Assembly: GCA_951804945.1 (NCBI GenBank)
Contig: OX638152.1
Span: forward strand, 29,326,001-29,390,000
Reading direction: 5' to 3'
DNA: 64,000 nucleotides
From: Podarcis cretensis
Taxonomy: Eukaryota
Shown: in pieces, positions 50,790-61,205 of the stretch
Numbering within the stretch: the first letter of the stretch is position 1
How the letters are laid out: the number at the start of each line of letters is the position of its first letter
Notes under the pieces: model-generated
Told to the model about the DNA's origin: nothing
Database searches by the model: none
What the model saw: only the letters and a program-made list of their open reading frames with translations
Made by a program: the position numbers and the translations under genes

Positions 50790-51869
50790 CTAAAGTTTCT
50801 CCAAACTTTTGGGGTTGGTGAGGATCTCCCTGGCCAGCCGCCACGTTTGTTTGGCCGCGTTTTCGAGGGCCGAGTGCGGCTTGCCCTGGAAGAGGTCTAA
50901 GTTGGGCAAGAAGTAGTGCGGGCAGCGCCTGCACTGCAGGCACGAGATGAGCTGCAGCAAGATGCCGTTGAGCCGGTCGCCCAGGCACGACTCGTCCCAG
51001 TCCGACTCGCGGGGATGCTTCTCGCACTCGTACGACACCAGAGTCTTCATGTGGTAGTTGTTGAGCGGCTGGCCGGGCAGCTCGAGGTGGCGATCGCGCA
51101 GCGTCTTGAGGATGGAGAGGCATTTCTTGCGGCAGCCGCCCATCTGCAGCCGGTTCTCGGCCTCGGCGAACTGCAGCACCCAGGCGTCGCTCTCGGCCGA
51201 GCTCTGCTTGCCGGCCAGCGAGTGGCACTCCTTGGAGAGCAGGTTGAAGCCCTCGGCCTTCACCTCGGCCACGCGGTTGGGCCCCGGCCAGGGGATGTGC
51301 GGCAGCGGCCAGTGCGCCGCGCTGCGCGGCCAGATGCCCGTGCACTTGAAGGCGGGCGTGATCTGCACCACGTAGCGGTCGCGGATGCGCAGCTTGACCT
51401 CGCTGGTGTCCGCCACCATCTTCACCACGTCGCGGTAGCTGCACTTGTCCACGGCCTGCGCCACCAGCGTCTGGAAGCGCGAGCGGATCTTGCGCGCCGA
51501 CAGGTAGCCCGAGGCCGTGATGAACTCCACCCAGAGCGACATGCTCCGCTTGCGCCCGTCGCTCAGCTTGAGCACGGCGCAGCCGGGCAGCGAGCCGTCG
51601 TCGACGAAGTTGAAGACGCCCATCTGGTTGAGGTAGAGCACCACCTCGAACTCGGTGGGCGAGATGACCTCCAGGCCCTCGTAGCGGTTGTCCATCTCGT
51701 TGAGGGAGCTGATGAAGCGCGGCTCCTGCACCTCCACCTCCTTCAGCACGTCCGACACCACCTTGCACACCTCGCGGATGGTCTTGGCGATGGCCGCCTT
51801 GCGCGCCTGGCACTTCTCGTTGTAGTATTTGTTGAGGTGGTACACCAGCTTGGCCTGCGCCGCGATCAT
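50790..51869 (-). CDS. MAB21L1: Mab-21-like protein 1 (cGAS/nucleotidyltransferase-fold developmental regulator), single coding exon, 359 aa
   Basis: ATG at 51869 (cccaacATGa) to TAG at 50790 is 1080 nt. MIAAQAKLVYHLNKYYNEKCQARK...TNPKSLEKL; the H/NEK and SLEKL residues distinguish L1 from MAB21L2, and the host gene is NBEA rather than LRBA. Confidence 0.98.
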   Translation of the reverse strand: MIAAQAKLVYHLNKYYNEKCQARKAAIAKTIREVCKVVSDVLKEVEVQEPRFISSLNEMDNRYEGLEVISPTEFEVVLYLNQMGVFNFVDDGSLPGCAVLKLSDGRKRSMSLWVEFITASGYLSARKIRSRFQTLVAQAVDKCSYRDVVKMVADTSEVKLRIRDRYVVQITPAFKCTGIWPRSAAHWPLPHIPWPGPNRVAEVKAEGFNLLSKECHSLAGKQSSAESDAWVLQFAEAENRLQMGGCRKKCLSILKTLRDRHLELPGQPLNNYHMKTLVSYECEKHPRESDWDESCLGDRLNGILLQLISCLQCRRCPHYFLPNLDLFQGKPHSALENAAKQTWRLAREILTNPKSLEKL

Positions 51870-52020
51870 GTTGGGACAGAGATCCGGGTTGTAGACCGGA
51901 GTCTCGCAGTAGGCGCTGGGATCCAATGCGGCTGCTAAGGCGGGAGCCAACTTCAGACGGGAATCCGGACGCCCGGCGCGGGGAAGCGGAGCCCCAGGCC
52001 GCCCAAAGGCGCTGCTCTCG

Positions 52021-52041
52021 CCGCCGCCGCCGCCGCCGCCG
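52021..52041 (-). repeat. (GGC)7 triplet repeat in the MAB21L1 5' leader
   Basis: + strand (ccg)7 with short CAG-type remnants on both sides. Confidence 0.95.
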
Positions 52042-52211
52042 CTGCTCTTTTTGCTGCTCGGCTCCTCCTCAGCTCCGAGGCTCGCTCGCAGGCTCTCTTT
52101 CTCTCTCCTTGCAGGCTGAAGGTGGACCCTTCTGCCCCGGACAGATCTCCGAGTCTTTCCCAAACACGCACAGGCACACAAACCCCTGGGTTTTTTGTTG
52201 GAAACGATCCT

Positions 52212-52232
52212 TCAGGGAGCAGAGGAAAGCAT
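52212..52232 (-). other. uORF2 in MAB21L1 leader (MLSSAP*), in the same frame as the main CDS
   Basis: ATG CTT TCC TCT GCT CCC TGA; 52232-51869 = 363 nt = 121 codons. Assumes the TSS is upstream. Confidence 0.55.
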
Positions 52233-52245
52233 GGAAGAGCTGCAG

Positions 52246-52326
52246 TTAAAAAAAGGGAAGCAAAGTTTGCGCCCAGTTGCAGCCAGGCTCCCACCAGTCA
52301 AAATAATAACACATCGGAGCAGGCAT
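52246..52326 (-). other. uORF1 in MAB21L1 leader (MPAPMCYYFDWWEPGCNWAQTLLPFF*, 26 aa)
   Basis: Two in-frame ATGs (52326, 52314) and TAA at 52248-52246. Assumes the TSS is near 52500. Confidence 0.5.
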
Positions 52327-52509
52327 TTATTTTTCTCCTGGAGTCACCACGGGGTGTGAGTGTGTGTGTGTGTGTGTCTGCGCGCAATGTTGGTAGTCAG
52401 ATGGGGGGGGCGGATTTCTGGGTGTTTCTCTTTCTCTCTCGCCCCCTCTCTGTGTGTGTGTGTCTCCCTGTCTCTGAGTGTGTGTATATGTCAGGAGAAG
52501 CTGGCTGTT

Positions 52510-52640
52510 GGTTTGTATAAGAGCCCAGATGCACTCGCGTGGAAATTATAAAGGCAGGGCCAGGCAGGCGGGCGGCCAATCGCCACTGGGCTCGTCACGG
52601 CAGCCTCTTCCAGCTCCAGCCTGGTTAATTAATCCCTCTC
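52510..52640. promoter_or_regulatory. MAB21L1 core promoter, possibly bidirectional
   Basis: aattataaag (TATAAAG on + at 52547-52553, TTTATAAT on -), CCAAT 52576-52580, CRE half-site CGTCA 52593-52597, TTAATTAA/TAATCC 52625-52635. Confidence 0.6.
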
Positions 52641-53059
52641 GGGGAGACAGAGAAACGCACAAACTCAAGGTAGGGGGCTGGTGGCAGAAAGGGACCAGCC
52701 AGGCCAGCGACCCATTGGGCAGGCGAGGAGGCGGAAGGCGGCTACGGCGGTTGGGGAAAGGACTGCTTGCCACTCTTCTCGCCAGGCGTCCTCCGGAGCC
52801 TGCTCGTGGCGCAAAGGGGACCGCAGGTGCCAGGAACCCGGCACCCTTCTCCCGGCGAACTGGAGAGGCGCTTCGCTCCGGGGAAAAGGAAGCGGAGACA
52901 TCACATGCGAAAACTTGGCTTCAACTGGCGCTGCCTGATAGACGTTGGAAACAGCTGGGAAGTTCTCCGCTTGTCAACCGGGCTAGCCTAGTGTTAGAAA
53001 GTCACCGGTTGTACGATAGAGGGGAAATATGTACCAGGAGCAGCACCCGCCTCCTCTTT

Positions 53060-53365
53060 CTTCTTCCTCCCCAATTAAATAGCACAAAAGGCGAGCTGAC
53101 GGGTCTCAATCGATTGGATGCAAATGGAGACGCGTTTTTTACCTGGCTCTTTAGATTGGTAGCAGCTGAAGGAAGCGACCAGTCGCTGGCGGGCTTGACA
53201 GTTTTCCGGATTGAGTTTCCGAAGACGCGCAGCCCTGGCGAGCAATGAGTTAGTTGCCTTGTTGCCGCCTTTGTGTACCGCACGTGTCGCAAAGGTGCCC
53301 AGCCGCCTCCGCTGTCATTAGCAGCAACATTGTGGCAAAGTAAATGGCAACTCTTAATGGTCTGA
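53060..53365. promoter_or_regulatory. Candidate proximal upstream regulatory element of MAB21L1
   Basis: caattaa, palindrome caatcgattg (53107-53116), octamer ATGCAAAT (53118-53125), TGTCATTA and SOX-type CATTGT motifs in repeat-free DNA. Confidence 0.4.
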
Positions 53366-53892
53366 AGTGGGCAGGTTTCTGCACCCCACCTCACCCCCGT
53401 GTGGACTGTATTTGCAGTCTGGGTGGATTGTAATGGGAACGCGGGACAGAGGAGGAGCGGGAGAAATCGCGGTCAAGCTGGCAGGCAGCTTTTCTGTCCC
53501 ATTTGGACAGTCCAGGTTTAGGGTAGCTCTAGTTATGAGCCACTATCCCATCCAGCGCCTCCAAGCAATGCTGTTGGTTGCGCATAGCCGGCCAAACCTT
53601 CTGGTTTGCCGCCTGCTCTCTTGTTCCAAGAAGCAACACAGTTCGGAACTGGGAGGGGAGCCCTGGAGCAGCTCCACCTTCCCCTCTCCCTTGAACGGCT
53701 TCCAAAAGCATCTAGGAGCATCTTAATGTTAAAATTAATTGGGTGCTGTCTAGGGAAAGTTAAGCGCGCTTTAGTTAATTCGAAATCAATGGGATTTAAG
53801 CCTGCATCCTAAAGATGTTGCTCAGAAATATCCATTAAAATCAATTAATAAGCGTAAAACTAGACTGATGGGTGTTTAAAAAAATATTTGCT

Positions 53893-53985
53893 GCTCAAGC
53901 CTATATACGTCTACTCGTAATTAAGTCCCACTGAGTTCAATGGGACATACTCTCAAGTAAATGAATATAGAATTTTAGAGCCTTA
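53893..53985. mobile_element. About 90-bp palindromic squamate interspersed repeat (representative copy)
   Basis: cctatatacgtctactc...taagtcccactgagttcaatgggacatactctcaagtaa...tatag; related copies near 9855, 26640, 36715, 38755, 54080, 55530, 61350 and 61650. Confidence 0.65.
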
Positions 53986-54199
53986 GGCTGGTGCCTAAAC
54001 CCCATGGATTTCAGTAGAAATCAGGCGCGCTTGATTTGCCCTGAATTTAAGCCCCTTTGTTTATCAGTTGCTCCCTTAAATCTAATGCATGTCTACTTAA
54101 GTAAGGCCAACTGAGTTCAGTCGGGTTTACTGCCAAGGAACGGAATAGGATTGCAACCTTATCCTCCTGCACTCTTGCAGAATTCGTTCCTCGGGTGTC

Positions 54200-54200
<1 letters not shown>

Positions 54201-54248
<48 letters not shown>
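54201..54248. repeat. (ATT)16 microsatellite
   Basis: Direct reading. Confidence 0.97.
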
Positions 54249-54299
54249 TCGCTGCATTGATTAGACCTACTTCCAGATAATGGTGAACTTCCTTATCGC

Positions 54300-55050
54300 C
54301 CGGCCCTAAAGGCATTTGCTTCCAAGCAAGTCCATCGACAAGTCGCGTGTTGGGCATTGCAGCAACCTGGTCCCTTTAGGATCCTATTGTGGCTGCTTGG
54401 CCCTTCAGATCACCTTTGCGTCTAGCGATCTGTTTGGGTTGCCTTCACTTTGCACTTCTCCGGGCGTGTTAGGTCGTTGAATTAGATAGAGGCGAAAGGA
54501 GGAGAAACTGGAGCCGCCGCCCAGGGCGCGGGGAGGCAGCGGTAGCGCACCCTCCTGTGGACAAGGATGAGGATCTGGCGGGCCGCGCATTTTCTGCGCG
54601 GCCGTTTTCTGTCTGGGCAGGGATTGCAAACGGCGTCGAGACGCTTCCAGACAGCAGCTCACCAGCGTGGCCTTGCCTGAGCTTAGCTTCAGAAATGTGC
54701 GTGGGGCAAGGAAGGATCGTGGGCGAGCGGATAGGTTGGGGCCGAGCAGCCCAACAACAGGTGGAGGGGCGCCAGGAGAGACGCTGCGCAAGCAAATCTC
54801 TTTCCCGCAGAGAAGAGACCCGTCTGCACCCCGTCCTGCTATTTCCCTTCGCCCTCTCGCCTCTAAGAGGCTAAGGCTTGAGCTTGCGAAGGGGAAAGGC
54901 ACTAGCGTGGCGCTCTCACATTTTATCTCCTTCATCCCGAGGGTGTTTGGGGTCGGTGGGAGAAGGGACCAGAGTCCTGCGCAAGGAGAGTCTGGCAAGC
55001 ATCTCGACTTTGCTCCTCTGAACCGGGAGCCCGGCCCCGGAGCACAGTCC
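54300..55050. promoter_or_regulatory. CpG island upstream of MAB21L1
   Basis: GC- and CpG-rich block that ends abruptly at about 55050. Confidence 0.65.
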
Positions 55051-58000
55051 CTGCATTTCTTTTTAACAGTACTGTATTAGTAGCGAACAGGCTGTGTTGT
55101 CCAAATACAGAAATTTAGCTGGAACTGTGCAGTGATCTACTGAACCGCTTAGTACAGGGGAAAACACATAGTAATAAATTGAAATTCGGTTCTCAGTGGA
55201 GGTGCAACAAAACTCCTCTGTGATAACTGAAAATCTTCACAACAAAGCACTCTCCTGAAGTGGTTCCTCTATGCTCTTCTAGCTGCTGAGATGACACACA
55301 CAGTGAAGTCTTTAGACTTATATTTAGCTTGTTTCCATAATGATAAGGTGAAGGTTAGAATCAACTCCCTTTCAAATTCCTTACATTGGTTAGGATTGAG
55401 CTATAAATGGGTTGAATTATCTGTTACACCACAAAGTTGTTAATGTTTCTTGCAGAATATTGTCATTAAATATAAAATAATTACAGCAATTTATAAGCCT
55501 GCATTAGCAAAATGTTGCTACACCTCATATTGTGATCGGTGCATGTCTACTTTGTATGTAAAATATAATTAATTCAGTGGAACTTACTACTTGGTAACTA
55601 TGTATGGAATTGGAGACTAAAACTGCAAGCTTGTGTACTTGGCAGAGTAGGTTCTGTTGTAGGCAATGATTGAACTCCAGTTTCACTAGAATAAATATTC
55701 CTTTATAAATTTATAGATCAAGCTGCTTTTCACATAGTGTTAAAAGTTTTGATTCTTTAAAATTAATTCAGTAACTGATGCAGTTGGTCCAGATATTTTG
55801 ATTTATTTGAACTGTAAACTTAATCTAATAAATATAGAAGGATAACATTTAGGGATTATATTATTATTATATTAAAAATATTGAATTTGTTGTTGCATAC
55901 AAAAAACACGTAGGCACTGAGAAAAGTTGTGTAACATAACAATGATGTTATAGAATTTAGCATACTAGATTAAAATTAATTCCAATTTTCAAACATTTTG
56001 TAAGGCATTTTTTTTAAAGGTGTTTGGAAGTTTTTCACATCCACTTGTAGTAAGGGTGTTTAAAACTAGCCTAGATACAAAATTCAATGTGAACTTTAAT
56101 TTTATTTTAAAAATTTAGTCCTTCCAGGATTTATGCCAATTTTAATTGCACTGAATCCAAATGCAACTAAACTGAATGAATCCCTGTGCTTCTCTTTGTG
56201 ATGAATTGGACTGAATGTTAACAAAGACTTTTACACTTCATAGTCATACAGAAGTCTCACATTAGATGAACAAATATAAATTAAGATGCTTGTTTGAAGG
56301 TGGTTAGCACACTTTACATATGCTCCTATATTTAAAATAGTCAGTTTTCTGTTTTCATTACATCCACCTATCAACTGAATCAAGTTTGGTCTTAGCGATA
56401 AGGACTTCTATCAGCAGAGCAAGATGAAAATAACCAAGTGGAAATTAGGATTGATAATTGTGTAAGGAATTAAAGGTGTAGGAAAGTCTGAGGAGTGACT
56501 TTCTTCAAATTCTGCTGTTGTTGTTCCTGTTGCACAGTCTTGCTCACTTTTAAAGACTCTGCTGGGAACTCCCGCTCCCATACTTTCACATAAAATATTT
56601 TGTGCAATATTGTTGCAGTATTATTCAAAAAGTCTTATCTCAGTTGGAAAAGAAGTGTGCCTAGACTGATTTTGTGTTCAGCAAACATAATTTGTTAATT
56701 AGCAACTTCATTTTTAATTTTACGAATATTGGCTTTCCAGCTAGAGAAAACATGTTGGTTGCTTTGAATGCACAAGCTCTTCTATTTATGCCACATTGAA
56801 TTCTCTTTGTGTAGTTGTGATTCTTCACACCACTGTTCATAAGTTTAAAGTCTTGTTTTTTAATATCTGTGTATTGCACTAGGGAAACAGAATATGAAGT
56901 GGGTTTTATTGAATTATTTATCCCTGTTGTTGGAGTGGGTTTGAAGGCTCATTTAATGTATCTGATATTCTAACAGTTCTCCACCCCCACCCATTTCATT
57001 ACACATCATCCTGCAAGCCAAAATAAATTTCTTTTTTCCACTAGAGAAATGAAGCATACATCTTTGTAGCAGATTCACTTTTATTGTCATTGGGAAAAAA
57101 ATAAAGGTGTATTTTCTTCCAGTTTAATTTATGGTGACTTTGAGTTTTTGTATTTCTTTTGTTATGACTCTTTCAAACTAAGAGTGGGGAAACATACTAT
57201 TAAAAGGGTAATCAGAGTAATGTCCATAATGCTTTTTCATGTTTATAATTATTAAATACTTTATCTGCAGATAGAATGCATTATTATATTACAAAGGACT
57301 TGTGCATAAGTTTATTTATTTACAGTTGCTTAGAGAGAAATTTCACAGGGTACGACTCATGCAAAAATTACGACTGTGGCCATACCATTAGTACTTGACA
57401 CAGTTACAGTCCCAGAGCTTTTTTTACACATATATTCTCTATTCCTGATTTTGCTGAACTACAGCTCCCATCATTCCATTGGCCATGTTGGCTGAGGGTG
57501 ATGGGAGTGTTCCACGGCTGGTCTAGAAAGAATTATGTTCTCTGCTCTTTTCCCTCCCCCCATTACTTCCTTTCTCCAAAACATTGCGAATGTATTACAA
57601 ATATTTCAGCAGTGTCATTCGGCTTTTGGAGAAAAAGGTGAACAGGGTTATTTCCACAGTGACTCTGTTTGCGGTTAAGTTGATACAGGTTTCTAATTCT
57701 CTGCCTGCCTCCTTTGCATTCTGACTGAGAAGTGCCCCCACAAATTGGACCCCAAACCCAGTATTGTAATGAAGTTTAGGGATGGTTGTTGTCTGTTTTC
57801 CTGTTTCCCATGTCCCAGATAATCCATCACAGCATGTAGGAATTTTATAATCTGTGTTTGATAGCTGCCATGGGCTGCTCAAGCCTCTTCTCCTGTCTCT
57901 TTGAAATGCAGTTTTTTCATTCCCTCTCCTCTGCCAAAGCACTATCCTAACTGCTTTCCCCATATATATAATTTAGTGCTATGATTCTTGGGAAGAAAGA

Positions 58001-59419
58001 ATTAAAACAGTACAAGCAAAAATCGCATATGAGTACTGTGTATCACACAGAGTCTTATGTCACTTACAGAGCTCAGGCATAGTGGGTAATATCCAAATAA
58101 TGTTTCTCACAGATTAGTTATGGCGCTGTGCCAAAAATAAGCCAAAGTATCTCCGTAAATTTCCAAAATGGTATTTATACTACATTCTGTTCTTCTGGAG
58201 ACTTGAGAACAACCACTAAGATCTCTCTTTTATGTTTTAAATAAACCATTCAGTGTTGTTAGAAGAATGTTTAAGACAAGCACACTTTCTTCTTTGCAAC
58301 AACAGGTTGTATAGTGCTGGCAAGTAAATAGCAGGCAGGATAATATGGGGAAATGCACTGCCGTGTTTGGTTTATTTATTTATCAACTGCATCAAAAGCA
58401 GACATTCTCAGCATGCCTGATTTCAGTTAAAGCAGTCCAACAGTGACGTTTTAAGAATCCTACTTTGGGAATGCTCTTTTTTTCCTGAACCCAGAATGGT
58501 CCATGGAATCAGAGGGGATTAGCTCCCTTTAATCTACTGCATCTGCAGTGGGTCAACCAACAGAACTTTCATTACTGTTTCATGTTGTATGTGATTAAGT
58601 GACTAAAATATTCAATACTGACCTTGAAAATGAAGCAGCATGTGTTGGATAAACAGCTTTGAAAGCTTAAAGTAATCTTTCCTATAAACAAGATTTCTAA
58701 AATGTATTGTTTAACAGAGTGAACAGGATGACCAGAAAGGCATCGTTTGTAAGAGGGAACTGAATTTCTAGAAGCAGACATAAGTAAAAATGTACAAAAG
58801 ATTAAAACACATTCATATACTATCAGATGTTATTCGGATGGTTAGCACGATGCACACAAGCTGCCTTAATTATTGTGAAGTACTCGTGCTTAAATGGATT
58901 TTTACCTCACCTTAAGGACATTTACTTGGAAGCGTCCTACTGATTTTAGTTTAATTCGCCTCCCAAGTAAGGGCTGTTTTGAGATCTATTTTTCATATCT
59001 AAGGCCACTATTATGCATGATACTAGGTAGAAACCAGTGTGAGAAAAATACATAGCTTTTCTTTTAGTCACATGGAATCTGCCACAAGTATTCGGAGGCA
59101 GAAGTTGTAAATGAATCATTGTAGGTATGAAGCTGAGCATGAGTTTTAATAGGCCACTGTTAGGCATGCATTACACTGGGCTGAAACCAGTGTTTCTGGA
59201 AGTAGTGCCTAGAGTCACACAGCATCTGTGTTTCTGGAGTTAAAAGTCTGCAGTTAGAACCGGATTTTGCAACACAGTATTTTCAAACTTTTATGCTGTG
59301 ATTTTGAACTTTAAAAAATACATTGATTTAAGCTGTGAAATTCCTAGGTACTGAGAATCTGCAAGGCAACAAATTGCTGTACACCTGATTTTTAGAAGTG
59401 TCGTGAATTTAGTGGATAG

Positions 59420-59780
59420 GTAAAGGTAAAGGTACCCCTGCCCGTACGGGCCAGTCTTGACAGACTCTGGGGTTGTGCGCCCATCTCACTCAAGAGGCCA
59501 GGGGCCAGCGCTGTCCGGAGACACTTCCGGGTCACGTGGCCAGCGTGACAAAGCTGCATCTGGCGAGCCAGAGCCGCACACGGAAACGCTGTTTACCTTC
59601 CCACTGGTAAGCGGTCCCTATTTATCTACTTGCACCCGGAGGTGCTTTCGAACTGCTAGGTTGGCAGGCGCTGGGACCGAGCAGCGGGAGCGCACCCCGC
59701 CGCAGGGATTCGAACCGCCGACCTTTTGATTGGCAAGTCCTAGGCGCTGAGGCTTTAACCCACAGCGCCACCTGCGTCCC
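59420..59780 (-). mobile_element. Full-length Sauria SINE (young)
   Basis: Reverse-complement near-copy of 14638-15002; 15-bp TSD gaatttagtggatag (59405-59419, 59782-59796). Confidence 0.93.
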
Positions 59781-60529
59781 GGAATTTAGTGGATAGTTCA
59801 AGGCAAATTCAAAAGCACTCCACCACCAGTCACCTCCATACTATACTCCTACTCCTTATAGCCATTAACAAGAAGCCACTTATCCTGAGAAACCAAAGAA
59901 ATATCTGGATTCAATTAAGCCAAGGTCCAGAGGCTGGTAGAAAATCCTTGTTACTGCTGCAACTGATGAAGATGTATCAACCATATATGCTCAGCCATTG
60001 TTAGCCTGTGGCACTAGTTTTTTTTCCAAATTTGGCATTGTTGCATCTTTTCTCAGTAGTTGCAACAGCACAGGCCATTGTATGACTTATGGACATTATG
60101 GTATTTGATATGTTTTTAGATGGAGAGGTTTTGGTTGAACTGGCATTAGAAAGGGGAAATGTCATGGCAACACAGCTGTGTATGGACCACACTGCATGGT
60201 GGAACCATAGAGTTGGCAGGAATGAATAGTAACACACTCTTATGCCAAAAAAAGGCCAATAACAATAGTAACACAGCAGCTTTATTTTAGTGACTTCTAT
60301 ATACCATGATCTAATAATTCTTTAGTTGAAATTTGGAAACTATTTTGCAAATCAATTTTTCATATTTGAAGCCTAATGGTAGACTAACAAATGTATTTTA
60401 AGTTATAGTCCACTTGAAGTAGCTTAGAATAATATTAAAGCAACACAATATAGAAACAACAATGGCAGACCTGAACAAAAAAGCCCAGTTAAAATAAGTA
60501 GCAAGCACCAGTCTTAACTGGGGTTTGTG

Positions 60530-61205
60530 GGGTGCTAGGGGAGGGGCAGTACCCTTGGTGATCCTTCTAGCATAGTTTGTCCATCTTTGGTCCCCATGCT
60601 GCACTCAACTCTCACCTATGGCTCCTAGAAGCTCTCAGCATGTGATAGCAGCCACACCCCAGGAGTGACTTCCAACTGGCTTCCAACCCCTCAGTGAGTT
60701 AGGGACTTTCCCTGCATGTGAAGACAGGCTCCAGCAGACTGAACAGATGAGACCAGTAGTGGGTTCAATAAGACAGTTTATGCACATTCTGTTGAGGGAA
60801 GTGAGGTCCAGATAGGGCTTGTCCACCTTGGAAGATAGCCCATCTAAGAGAAGGAAAACTCTAGTTCTAAACCTGTACTGCTTTGGGGGATATATTCAGG
60901 AGAAGAAAGGGCTAAGGAGTAAACCCTACACAAATCTATAGTGGGGTACTTGTACCTAAGATAGTTGAATGGTGCTTTGTGTGCCTCCTTCCAGCAACTC
61001 CTGCAGCTAAGCTGGTGCAAAAGGTATTGCTCTGCTTTCCTTTGGACCACATCAGCAAGGCCTAGAGGGGTGTTTTGTTGTCTGGGCAGCCCAGGACCTC
61101 CGTGCACACTGCCCAGGTTTGCTCCCCAGGAAGGTCACTTCGGTGCTGCTAACACAGCGGTTTGACTTCACTCCTGGAGGTGCACTCCGTTGACTCTCGA
61201 GACAC
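60530..61205 (+). mobile_element. RTE-clade LINE 5' UTR-related non-autonomous element
   Basis: ggaagatagcccatctaagagaaggaaaactct...aaacc resembles a motif I associate with RTE 5' UTRs; GC-richer block with no ORF; boundaries approximate. Confidence 0.5.

Larger units (their letters stand above)
50600..53500. promoter_or_regulatory. CpG island covering the MAB21L1 body, leader and promoter
   Basis: Very high GC and CpG content through the CDS and upstream region. Confidence 0.8.

Noticed and set aside
50611-51813. 400-aa alternative-frame ORF on the MAB21L1 strand
   Set aside because: Starts at GTG. Stops in this frame need T at main-frame third positions, which are rare here. Composition is Gly/Arg/Ala/Pro-biased with no domain.
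50916-51938. 340-aa + strand ORF antisense to MAB21L1
   Set aside because: Shadow ORF: very high third-position GC in MAB21L1 removes stops on the opposite strand. No recognisable domain.
51870-52181. ORF-track 463-aa version of MAB21L1 taken as the annotated protein
   Set aside because: Its start at 52181 is a TTG picked by the ORF caller. The canonical 359-aa protein begins at the ATG at 51869. Only the proximal extension is kept, as a hypothesis.
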